From Gammaproteobacteria bacterium (lineage in GTDB: Bacteria; Pseudomonadota; Gammaproteobacteria; Pseudomonadales; Azotimanducaceae): a DNA stretch of 64,000 nucleotides. The DNA lies in the NCBI GenBank assembly GCA_002689445.1, contig NZGC01000084.1, positions 8,723-72,722 on the forward strand. The letters are read 5' to 3'. The position numbers and the translations under genes are program-made. Below are positions 9,641-18,058 of the stretch, in pieces. Numbering within the stretch: position 1 is the first letter of the stretch; the number at the start of each line of letters is the position of its first letter. Below the pieces are notes generated by a model, which worked only from the letters and a program-made list of their open reading frames with translations, was not told the DNA's origin and searched no databases.

Positions 9641-10648
9641 TCAAGATGCGTTCAGTTTTTGCAATAGTGTCCGACTGTGATCCTCATCTCGACCTGCAAA
9701 ATTACCCATCGTCCGGTCAACCAAACTACCGTACCGCGATTTAAACAGGTCGACCGCAGCCTCCGGCTCGCCCACCACCGCGAATTCTGAAAGGATATCG
9801 TCGGTAATCAAGTCGGCCATATCGTCCCAACGACCTTGCTTACTCAGACCATTGAGTTCAGGCTGCAAATCGCCCCAGCCATGAATACCCAGCACAGGTG
9901 CGTAGGCGGGAGTCGAGCCATAAAAAGCGATCTGCTTTTTGACCGCCTGTTTATTCGTTTCGAACGCTTCCTCGGTGTTACCTGTTACCACAAACCCAGG
10001 ATAGCTCACTTCAAAGTCAGACCGATCACGGCCGGCTTTCGCTAACCCCTTCTCCACAGCGGGTAGCGTTACTTCTCTCAGATACTTCTCTGTTGTGAAA
10101 GCATGAATGATCACACCATCAGCGACTTCCCCAGCAACCTCAGTCATGAGGGGACCCACCGCCGCCAAAAATACTTTGGGTGCGCCGTACTGGGTATCCA
10201 AGGGTGTAAACATCGGTGTCATGAGGGAGTGGGTATAAAATTCACCGTCAAACTGCAGAGGCTGACCTTCATGCCAACAAGCCCAGATTGCTCGCATCGC
10301 CGAAATAAACTCTCGCATTCGCGCAGCCGGCTTGGACCAAGGCATGCTAAACCGCTTGGTGATATGAGGCCGAATTTGGGAGCCTAAACCCAAGATAAAC
10401 CGACCTTTAGAAAAACTGTTGAGGTCATGGCCAATGTTCGCCAAATTCATGGGCGTTCGCGAGAAAGCTACTGCAATCGATGTCGTTAATTCAATCGCCT
10501 GAGTTTCCTGCGCGGCCAGCAGCAACGGAAAAAAAGGATCATGAGAGGTCTCAGCAGTTACCGCGCCGTTATAACCGAGGCTTTCTAACTTTGCCCCCTG
10601 CCGACCGGCCTCGCCCAAATCTCCCATCAAACCGCCATCTATCTTCAT
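9641..10648 (-). CDS. LLM-class (probable F420-dependent) oxidoreductase
   Basis: 335 aa with 'KGRFILGLGSQ'. ATG is preceded by TAGGAG. It starts 9 nt after the stop of the upstream LLM. Confidence 0.85.
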   Translation of the reverse strand: MKIDGGLMGDLGEAGRQGAKLESLGYNGAVTAETSHDPFFPLLLAAQETQAIELTTSIAVAFSRTPMNLANIGHDLNSFSKGRFILGLGSQIRPHITKRFSMPWSKPAARMREFISAMRAIWACWHEGQPLQFDGEFYTHSLMTPMFTPLDTQYGAPKVFLAAVGPLMTEVAGEVADGVIIHAFTTEKYLREVTLPAVEKGLAKAGRDRSDFEVSYPGFVVTGNTEEAFETNKQAVKKQIAFYGSTPAYAPVLGIHGWGDLQPELNGLSKQGRWDDMADLITDDILSEFAVVGEPEAAVDLFKSRYGSLVDRTMGNFAGRDEDHSRTLLQKLNAS

Positions 10649-10657
10649 AGTCGTCTC

Positions 10658-11653
10658 CTAGAACGTAAACTGATTACCCGTAAAAGCCTTGTAAGTCGCT
10701 TGAGCATGTTTGCCCGATACACAAGAGATGATGTGCGTCGTAATACCGTCTTCAGCGTAGGCGCGAATCCGATCTTGGCATTCTTCTTGACTGCCGATGA
10801 TGGCAATGTCATCTACCAACTGATCATCCAGCGCTGATGTTGTCTTCTGACGATCTTTAGCAGCCCAGCCCTCACGAATCGCCTCAGCCACCTCTTCGTA
10901 GCCTGACCAGGCTAGAAAAGCATTATATACAGGGGTTGCGTAATAAGGCGCGAAGGCCGCTCTAATCATATCTCTGGCGCTTTCCTTATCATCCGTTACG
11001 ATGACTTGATGACGACAGACGACCTCGACATCAGCCAATGCTTTGCCAGCTCGTTCCGCACCTGCCTTGATGTGGGTCATCATTCTTGGCAAGGCATCCT
11101 TCGGGAACAAATTTAAGATGACGCCATCGCTATACTCAGCTGCTGTTTCAAGCATCTTGCTACGCAACGCTGCCATGTAGACTGGTTGAGCACCATCGGG
11201 TAACGGCAATTGACGGTAACCTCGACTGGTCACCGTATCGCCTTGAAAATCGGACTTATCGCCTCGAAGCATACTTTGGATCAGTTCTACCGTCTCTTTC
11301 ACCCGAGTCAGAGGCTTTTCAAAAGTCAAACCGTGCCAGTTTTCCATCATCGTTTGGCTTGACGAACCCAACCCTAAAATAAATCGGCCTTCAGATAACT
11401 GATGTAAAACATGGGCGGTCGACGCTAAGACTGCGGGAGTCCTTGAAAATACCGGGATAATCGCGGTTCCGATACGGCATCGCTGCGTATTGAGTGCGAC
11501 CGCTGCAGCCGTTGTCAGCGCATCCACGCCAGAACTGTCAGCAAACCACAAATCATCATAGCCCTCAGCTTCCGCCCACTTAGCCATTTCTATGGTGCCC
11601 TCAACCCCTCGTGGGTCGGGCAGCGTCAATGCAGTTCTTTGAGGTATCGCCAT
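10658..11653 (-). CDS. LLM-class (probable F420-dependent) oxidoreductase
   Basis: 331 aa with 'EGYDDLWFADS' and 'EGRFILGLGSS'. ATG is preceded by CAGGAG. Confidence 0.85.
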   Translation of the reverse strand: MAIPQRTALTLPDPRGVEGTIEMAKWAEAEGYDDLWFADSSGVDALTTAAAVALNTQRCRIGTAIIPVFSRTPAVLASTAHVLHQLSEGRFILGLGSSSQTMMENWHGLTFEKPLTRVKETVELIQSMLRGDKSDFQGDTVTSRGYRQLPLPDGAQPVYMAALRSKMLETAAEYSDGVILNLFPKDALPRMMTHIKAGAERAGKALADVEVVCRHQVIVTDDKESARDMIRAAFAPYYATPVYNAFLAWSGYEEVAEAIREGWAAKDRQKTTSALDDQLVDDIAIIGSQEECQDRIRAYAEDGITTHIISCVSGKHAQATYKAFTGNQFTF

Positions 11654-11781
11654 TATTTTTCTCCTGTGCCTTTGGGTCTGGGCGCTTCGCCCAAAGCCCT
11701 AGATTCCATCAGTGATTTTCCCGTTACTGAACACGGCTTATCGTGGACGATTGGCCTGCTCAGCCCCCTAAATGGATCATT

Positions 11782-11855
11782 TGTTTACATCCGTCCCTTT
11801 GAGACCCGTCCGTTTCGTATCGTCTGTTTTGTATCCGTCTGTTTTGTATCCGTCC
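11782..11855. repeat. Array of about five 13-15-nt tandem repeats; the last two are identical (TGTTTTGTATCCGTC x2)
   Basis: Perfect units at 11825-11839 and 11840-11854. Degenerate units lie upstream (gtttcgtatcgtc, ctttgagacccgtcc, tgtttacatccgtcc). On the minus strand the unit reads GACGGATACAAAACA. Confidence 0.85.
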
Positions 11856-11874
11856 GCGCGATATCACTTATTTA

Positions 11875-11902
11875 CTGCAGTCCGCTGGGCGGGCAGTTTT
11901 TT
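11875..11902 (+). terminator. Rho-independent terminator-like hairpin on the plus strand
   Basis: ctgc-agt-ccgc-tgg-gcgg-gcag followed by TTTTTT gives a 4+4 bp GC stem with a 3-nt bulge. No annotated plus-strand gene lies upstream, so this implies an unannotated plus-strand transcript or is fortuitous. Confidence 0.3.
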
Positions 11903-12347
11903 GGACAACAGCCTTTTGTCGATTTTCTTTTTCACTCCGTTCTCGGCCAATCCCTCATCCGATCCATTCCTTCGCAAAATCTCGTTGTCCCGCTTCGATC
12001 CCTCTCAACCACTGCTCCTGATCAAGCGCGTCTCATTCGAATCCGAGCACTCACCTCGGGGACGGCCTAGCCTAACACGGTTAATCTAACCCTGCCTGAT
12101 CCTTTCAGACTTCGCTTCAAAGCAGCACTGACAGCCTCTGTACTGCTCCGCTCTCAGTGTGCTCGCTGCCAGATCGCCTTTGTCGGCTGCGAGTCCGCCG
12201 ATACCCCGGTTTTTTCGAGTGCTTTTGGACTTTCTCAAACCTTTCGCCGTTTGCCCCGCTTACGGTTCTGGCAAGTGGCAATGTCATTCGAGACGATTGC
12301 CCCAATTACCCTCCCTCAAAATATCGCCAAGGCCTGCAAAGATTGGT

Positions 12348-14843
12348 CTAAATAATCTCGGCACTCGATATTTGATCTTCAGGTACCAAGCCCGGTCTCA
12401 CCAAGGCTTCTTTCTTCTGCCTGGTTCGCTCATAACGCTTTGCAGAGGTGTAGATTGGTTCTTTGAGTATCGCGGCACCCATCGATTTTTGATGCTGAAC
12501 TTCGGTAACTTCGCTGTAATCGGTTGCTCGCTGCCTTGGTGTTCTACCCGCCGCCCGAATGAGGGCCTCCATGGCTTCGGGAGAAGTTTCTTGGCCATGC
12601 GCGGCACCCGCAGCCCGGGTGATCGTCTCATTCATCAAGGTTCCACCCAGGTCATTGACGCCGGCGTTGAGGCAAGCCTTGACCCCCTCGTGCCCAAGTT
12701 TCGTCCACGAGGCCTGAATGTTCTTGAATACTGGGTTCAACGCTAGCCGCGAAATCGCATGGATTAAAACGGCCTCACGAAACGTTGGTCCCTTGCGCGC
12801 TTGCCCCTTGAGATACATCGGCGCTTCCATATGAATAAAAGGCAAAATCACGAATTCGGTAAAGCCGCCGGTTTTCTCTTGTAACGCGCGTATTCTTAGC
12901 AAGTGTCGGGCAACGTGTTCATAACGTTCGATATGCCCATACATGATGGTTGCGGTGGTGTTAAAACCAACCCCGTGGGCTGCCTCCATCACCTCAAGCC
13001 ATTGACTGGTGTTGATTTTATCCGGGCACAGTGATGCCCTAACCTCATCGTCAAGAATCTCAGCCGCCGTGCCCGGTAACGTTCCTAATCCCGCTTCCTT
13101 CAACGCAGAGAGGTATTCCGGTAAGGACTGCCCTAGCGTCTTTGCACCCTGCCAAACCTCAAGCGGCGAAAACGCATGTATATGCATTTCGGGCACGACT
13201 TGCTTGATGGTGTGACAAATATCAAGGTAGGTTTGGCCGGTATACTCAGGGTGGATGCCACCCTGCAGACACACCTCGGACGCACCCCGATCAAAGGCCT
13301 CTCGTGTGCGACGCATAATTTCTTCATGCGATAAGTCGTAGGGGCGGCCGCGCAAGTTCTCGCTCATTTTTCCTTTGGAAAACGCACAAAATTGACACTT
13401 AAAATAACAAACATTCGTGTAGTTGATATTTCGATTAACGCAATAAGTCACTTCATCACCACACACATCACGACGAATCGCATCGGCGGCTTGACAGACG
13501 TGAGTCACTTCATCACCTCTGGCCTGAAACAAGCGCACAATCTCAGCTTCAGTTAATGCCAGGCCCTCGCTGGCTTTACCTAAAATGCGCGATAGTTCGT
13601 TACTGGCAGGCCTCTTAGGTATTTGAGTAACCCTCGCTAAATCTGCCTCTGGAGGTTCCGGTGTTTCACCCGCAGCCCAGGATTCACCTCGAACAAATCC
13701 CTCGCCATCAACGGTACCCAAGACCAAAGGCTGCAACTCGGGATCAACCCAACGGTCTAACTGCTGAACGTGGGATGGATAGAGCGCCAAACGCTCGACC
13801 AGCACCTTACCTTCTCGAGCCGTCTCTTCGGCTAGATTCTGCAAGTGCGGCCAAGGTGCTTCGGGATTGACGAAGTCCGGGGTGACAGGCGAGACACCGC
13901 CCCAATCGTTAATGCCTGCATCGATCATCCGATGGAAGACCCCAGGACTCAAATTTGGCGGGACTTGAAGATTCATCTCGCTTCCAAACATCAAACGAGC
14001 TTGGGCAATGGTCCATAACAGTTCATTTAAATCCGGCTCCGGCGCATCTTTCATCAAAGTGCCGGGTTTCGCTCTGAAATTCTGGATGATCAACTCTTGA
14101 ATATGACCATAAGGCTCATTGGCCGCCCGCAGCGCCAATAGCGACTCGATGCGCTCGCGTCGGGTCTCACCGATCCCAATCAAAATACCCGAGGTAAATG
14201 GCACGCCGGCTTCACCCGCGAGCCTTAAGGTCTCAAGCCGCCGAGAAGGCACCTTATCGGGTGACCCATAATGCGGCATACCCTTTTCGGTCAATCGGTC
14301 CGAGGCGGACTCAAGCATAATGCCCATCGAGAGTGAAACTTTACGGAGCGACTCAAACTCAGACGCCGTCATAAGGCCTGGATTCAAATGGGGAAAGAGG
14401 CCGGTTTCGTTCAGCACTAGCTCTGCCATATCATGGAGATAACTTAACGTCGAATCTTGACCTAATTCCTTCAACCCATCTCTTGCCGCTTTGTATCGCT
14501 CTTCGGGTTTATCGCCCAAGGTAAACAGAGCTTCTTTACAGCCCGCTTTAGCACCTTCAGCGGCAATTTTGAGCACTTCGTCCGGGGTCAAATAAGGTGC
14601 TTTTACTTTTCTGGGTACCTGCGCAAAAGTGCAGTAGTGGCACACATCTCTGCATAGGTGCGTTAAGGGTATAAAGACTTTTCTGGAATACGAGATGGTA
14701 TTGGGATGGCTGAGATCCCGAATTCCACCGGCGACCGACAGCAACGTATTGGTGTCGGAAAATTCTGACAATGCCAACGCATCATGATCAGCAAGCCCTG
14801 CTCCGGCTGCAGCTTTCTCTAAAATCTCTGTTACTGATGCCAT
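12348..14843 (-). CDS. fbiC: Bifunctional FO synthase (7,8-didemethyl-8-hydroxy-5-deazariboflavin synthase, CofG+CofH fusion)
   Basis: 831 aa with two radical-SAM CxxxCxxC clusters (CRDVCHYC near the N-terminus, CYFKCQFC mid-protein). Size and two-domain layout match FbiC. ATG 14843 directly follows the cofC TAA. Confidence 0.93.
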   Translation of the reverse strand: MASVTEILEKAAAGAGLADHDALALSEFSDTNTLLSVAGGIRDLSHPNTISYSRKVFIPLTHLCRDVCHYCTFAQVPRKVKAPYLTPDEVLKIAAEGAKAGCKEALFTLGDKPEERYKAARDGLKELGQDSTLSYLHDMAELVLNETGLFPHLNPGLMTASEFESLRKVSLSMGIMLESASDRLTEKGMPHYGSPDKVPSRRLETLRLAGEAGVPFTSGILIGIGETRRERIESLLALRAANEPYGHIQELIIQNFRAKPGTLMKDAPEPDLNELLWTIAQARLMFGSEMNLQVPPNLSPGVFHRMIDAGINDWGGVSPVTPDFVNPEAPWPHLQNLAEETAREGKVLVERLALYPSHVQQLDRWVDPELQPLVLGTVDGEGFVRGESWAAGETPEPPEADLARVTQIPKRPASNELSRILGKASEGLALTEAEIVRLFQARGDEVTHVCQAADAIRRDVCGDEVTYCVNRNINYTNVCYFKCQFCAFSKGKMSENLRGRPYDLSHEEIMRRTREAFDRGASEVCLQGGIHPEYTGQTYLDICHTIKQVVPEMHIHAFSPLEVWQGAKTLGQSLPEYLSALKEAGLGTLPGTAAEILDDEVRASLCPDKINTSQWLEVMEAAHGVGFNTTATIMYGHIERYEHVARHLLRIRALQEKTGGFTEFVILPFIHMEAPMYLKGQARKGPTFREAVLIHAISRLALNPVFKNIQASWTKLGHEGVKACLNAGVNDLGGTLMNETITRAAGAAHGQETSPEAMEALIRAAGRTPRQRATDYSEVTEVQHQKSMGAAILKEPIYTSAKRYERTRQKKEALVRPGLVPEDQISSAEII

Positions 14844-15530
14844 TTAAATCTCTCCTGTGATCCTCTGCAGACGATCAATCACATCTATGGATATTGCATA
14901 ACGATAAGTATGGGACCCAGCCCCTTGAAATGCCAGTCGCCCCATCAAAGCCTTCAGATCGCTTGGGGTATCAATATCAAGGCCAAGCCCTGGCAACTTG
15001 AGTACGGTCGGATTGACACCCACGTTGTGTGCCGCTGCGAGGTGCTTCCTAAAGCTGTCAACCCCAAATTGGAAGGGAATCAAGTTGGGAGGAGCTGCGA
15101 GCAAGCAATTGGTCCCCCCCAGGTCGGCAGCCGGCACCATCGATAAGCCAGCACCTCCCGAGAAAGTGCCGTCCAAAACCACCTCGAGTTCCTCAGCGGT
15201 CACCAAGGGAACATCCCCTGGCAAGAACAACAACCGCTCGGTACCCGCCTCCGCCAGGGTCGATGCGGCATGCGTAACCGCAGCGACTAACCCTGGCTGT
15301 TCAGGTTCAGCCAAGGTACCCAGCTGATAGTGAGCAGCCATCTCGATCGCCGCTGCGTCCTTCGTCACGAGTAAACACTGATCAACGAGTGGACAGGCCT
15401 CAATGGCGATTAACACGTCTTCTAACATCGCATAGCTGAGCGCCTTACGCTCGGCGTCGGTTAACAGCGCTGACAATCGCTGTTTAGCATTGTCAAAAGA
15501 CTTAACGGGAATCACCGCGCAAGTTTTCAC
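14844..15530 (-). CDS. cofC: 2-phospho-L-lactate (or PEP/3-PG) guanylyltransferase
   Basis: 228 aa with 'AVIPVKSFDNAKQRLS...ML.DVL' and 'FLPGDVPLV', the CofC/FbiD pattern. The GTG start overlaps the cofD stop (GTGA). Confidence 0.85.
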   Translation of the reverse strand: MKTCAVIPVKSFDNAKQRLSALLTDAERKALSYAMLEDVLIAIEACPLVDQCLLVTKDAAAIEMAAHYQLGTLAEPEQPGLVAAVTHAASTLAEAGTERLLFLPGDVPLVTAEELEVVLDGTFSGGAGLSMVPAADLGGTNCLLAAPPNLIPFQFGVDSFRKHLAAAHNVGVNPTVLKLPGLGLDIDTPSDLKALMGRLAFQGAGSHTYRYAISIDVIDRLQRITGEI

Positions 15531-16501
15531 TGTGCGAGCGACTCACTGAATGCGAGCACGTCTTTGGCCAAGGCTTGCTTGTCTTCGGCCGATTTCATCA
15601 CCGTCCCTGTAATCAAGGGTTCCATACCCAGCGCCGCAACCTCGGCCGCTGCATTTGCATCAATTTCGTCAAGAACGAAACCATCAACCAAGCCAGGGTA
15701 TCGCTGGTGGTAAAACTCAGCCACCGCCAGCGCGGTGCTTGGCAGCGCCAATTCTTGCATCATTTTAGCCGCGGGGCCCTTCAACGCCTCACCACCGACT
15801 ATCGGAGAAACCAGTACCACCGGGCAATTCATCGCTTTCAATTTAAGCCAGCTATCGGCCAGCTCTAAAATCGGGGCGACGCTGACAAAGGGGTTGGACG
15901 GACAAACCACAATTGAGGACAATGCATCGGCGTCCAGCAATGCTTCGAATTCCGGAGCCAACTTAGCTTCTGCAATGCCCTTAAAACGCACCCCGGATAT
16001 TTTTGGCTCACATCGATCACGAACAAAGTAGTGTTGGAACGCTAATATATCGCCGCTTTGACACTCTATTTCAGTCGCGACGCTATCATCAGTCATCGGG
16101 AAGACCGCCACCTCAACGCCAAGCTGACGCATCAATTTCGCGGTGACTGCGCTTAGACTTTCGCCTTCCGCGAGCATCCGGGTCCTCATCACATGGGTCG
16201 CTAGGTCACGATCACCCAGTCCAAACCAGGTTTCCCCACCTAACCGTTTCATGGCATTCAAAAACTGCCAAGTTTCGCCCTCTTGTCCCCAACCTACGGT
16301 TGCGTTCGCAAGACCTGAGAGGGTATACATCAGCGTATCCATATCTGGACAAATTCTTAGACCTAAATGGTCAAAATCATCGCCTGTATTAACGACCACC
16401 GTCAGCGCTTCGGAGGGCAAAACATCCCGCAATCCTACCGCCAGCTTTGCGCCCCCGACACCGCCGGATAGGGCTAAAACATTTGGCGACGTTAACGACA
16501 T
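15527..16501 (-). CDS. cofD: LPPG:FO 2-phospho-L-lactate transferase
   Basis: 324 aa with N-terminal 'LSGGVGGAKL' and overall CofD/FbiA-like sequence. ATG start. Confidence 0.9.
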   Translation of the reverse strand: MSLTSPNVLALSGGVGGAKLAVGLRDVLPSEALTVVVNTGDDFDHLGLRICPDMDTLMYTLSGLANATVGWGQEGETWQFLNAMKRLGGETWFGLGDRDLATHVMRTRMLAEGESLSAVTAKLMRQLGVEVAVFPMTDDSVATEIECQSGDILAFQHYFVRDRCEPKISGVRFKGIAEAKLAPEFEALLDADALSSIVVCPSNPFVSVAPILELADSWLKLKAMNCPVVLVSPIVGGEALKGPAAKMMQELALPSTALAVAEFYHQRYPGLVDGFVLDEIDANAAAEVAALGMEPLITGTVMKSAEDKQALAKDVLAFSESLAQ

Positions 16502-16607
16502 AGGGCTGATTCCTTTGAAACGAAGTGGATAAAAAGTTTAGGTGGCCCAAATCCTTTGCCACGAATTACAGTGTGCCCTCATCGTATCATCCTGACGCAT
16601 CAACAGC

Positions 16608-17387
16608 TTACCTGAACATGTCCATCGCTTTGGGTCGAAGCAGCGGCTTGACGCCTTGCAAATCTGCTGACTCTGGGGCTTTCGGAGCATAACCACGCAC
16701 CCTCACTACCGGCGCTTTTTCTGTGGTCTGTCCCATGACCAATGATGCACCTGCTGCGAGTTCATCAGCCGCGGCCACTTGGGTCACGATCAATTCGCGA
16801 CCGTAAATATCGTGTCCGCCGACATAGTCCTCGAGACTGGTCATGCCTGCGACACCGATGGCGAGCCCCACGGTACCCATTCTCCAGGCTCTACCGATCG
16901 AATCGTTGATGATAACAGCAACATCGATACCACACCGATCCGCAATGGTTTGTCGCAATCGTTGTGCCGATGCATCGGGATCAACCGGCAACAGTAAACA
17001 TAGGTCGTCTCCCTCCACACCCGCTTGATAAATATTGGATTGATCAATCCCTGCATTTGCAGCGACAAAACCCAATCGATGCTCAACAATGAGGACGCCA
17101 GGCCGCTTGCGAACCACCTCATTGGATTCATCAAGGATGACCTGGACTTTCCTCGGATCCTTGTCGACCTCCTCTCCTAAGCGCATGGCAGCCTCACTGG
17201 GCTCTACATCCGCGAGATTGACGTAACGGTTTTCCGCTTTCGAAACAATCTTTTGCGCGAGCACCAGCACGTCTCCATCCCTTAAATCTTCTTCCATCGA
17301 TTCAAGACCGGCCAATATCAAGTCGATCAGGTCATCGCCCGGCTCGACCATCGGGATTTTGTCGACCGCAACCAGAGATAACTGCAT
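16608..17387 (-). CDS. cofE: F420-0:gamma-glutamyl ligase (single-domain CofE)
   Basis: 'LVLAQKIVSKAE', 'GFVAANAGID.SN' and 'IINDS.GRAWR.G' are CofE hallmarks. I moved the start to ATG 17387 (MQLSLVAVDK...), which overlaps the npdG TGA (TGATG). The protein is about 259 aa and has no FbiB-type C-terminal nitroreductase domain. Confidence 0.9.
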   Translation of the reverse strand: MQLSLVAVDKIPMVEPGDDLIDLILAGLESMEEDLRDGDVLVLAQKIVSKAENRYVNLADVEPSEAAMRLGEEVDKDPRKVQVILDESNEVVRKRPGVLIVEHRLGFVAANAGIDQSNIYQAGVEGDDLCLLLPVDPDASAQRLRQTIADRCGIDVAVIINDSIGRAWRMGTVGLAIGVAGMTSLEDYVGGHDIYGRELIVTQVAAADELAAGASLVMGQTTEKAPVVRVRGYAPKAPESADLQGVKPLLRPKAMDMFR

Positions 17388-18058
17388 CAATCTGCTGCCG
17401 ATTCGCCCGTAATCACCAACCCAGCACCATTGATTTTGTGGTGTCGATTGATCGTGATCAAAATTGAGGTTAAGGCTTCTGCAGCGGCAGCATTGGCGAT
17501 TGGGCCGGCATGCCAACCTTTCAAACCCAGCGCTTCGATCAGCTCAATGACAGTGTCTCGGGCTGCTCGCTTATTGCCAGTGACCAACACATCACAAGCA
17601 ATGGCATGATCCTCTTGTAAATGCATCGCACCAACATTCTGAAAAGCTGACACCACAAAGACTTCTTCCCCTAAATGGTTCTGTGCTTGTTGACCCGCGG
17701 ACCCCGCTTCAGGCAACTGGACCGTCCCTACTTTCGGCGGCATAAGAGGAACGGTCACGTCGATTAACACTTTTCCGGCCAACGCATGTTTTACCGAATC
17801 GAGCGTGCTTAATTGATGGGCGAAAGGGACCGTCAGCACCACCAGGTCGGCTTGCTCTGCTGCGCTTGCGTTATCAAGACCCGTGACGTTCAAGTCTGCA
17901 AACTCGGCAAGTAGCGCGGCAGCTGCCTCCTGGCCCTTCTCAAGGGTTCGGCTGCCAATTAAAATGGCATAGCCCGCTCGCGACCACTGTCTCGCTAAGC
18001 CGCCGCCCAAGTCACCGGTACCGCCCAAGATTGCGATGGTTTTAATACTTTCACTCAT
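17387..18058 (-). CDS. npdG: NADPH-dependent F420 reductase
   Basis: 223 aa with 'IAILGGTGDLGGGLA' Rossmann motif. Size and context match NpdG/Fno. GGAGAGG lies upstream of the ATG. Confidence 0.85.
   Translation of the reverse strand: MSESIKTIAILGGTGDLGGGLARQWSRAGYAILIGSRTLEKGQEAAAALLAEFADLNVTGLDNASAAEQADLVVLTVPFAHQLSTLDSVKHALAGKVLIDVTVPLMPPKVGTVQLPEAGSAGQQAQNHLGEEVFVVSAFQNVGAMHLQEDHAIACDVLVTGNKRAARDTVIELIEALGLKGWHAGPIANAAAAEALTSILITINRHHKINGAGLVITGESAAD

Noticed and set aside
12036-12044. TTCGAATCC, the tRNA T-loop consensus, suggesting a tRNA gene
   Set aside because: The flanking 5-mers (tctca / ccgag) cannot form a T-stem, and no acceptor or anticodon arms can be drawn. It is a chance match.
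11639-12089. Two overlapping plus-strand ORFs (143 aa and 105 aa) in the fbiC-LLM spacer
   Set aside because: They exist because the plus strand is pyrimidine-rich, so stop codons are scarce. Their sequences are repetitive (SVCFVSVCFVSV, SVLYPSVLYPS) because they read through the 15-nt repeats, and they do not look like proteins.
12159-12746. 195-aa plus-strand ORF overlapping the 3' end of fbiC
   Set aside because: It is antisense to a very well-supported gene and has Arg/Ser/Pro-rich composition. It is a shadow ORF.
16143-16532. 129-aa plus-strand ORF across the cofD 5' end
   Set aside because: It is antisense to cofD and gives a Ser/Pro/Arg-rich translation. It is a shadow ORF.
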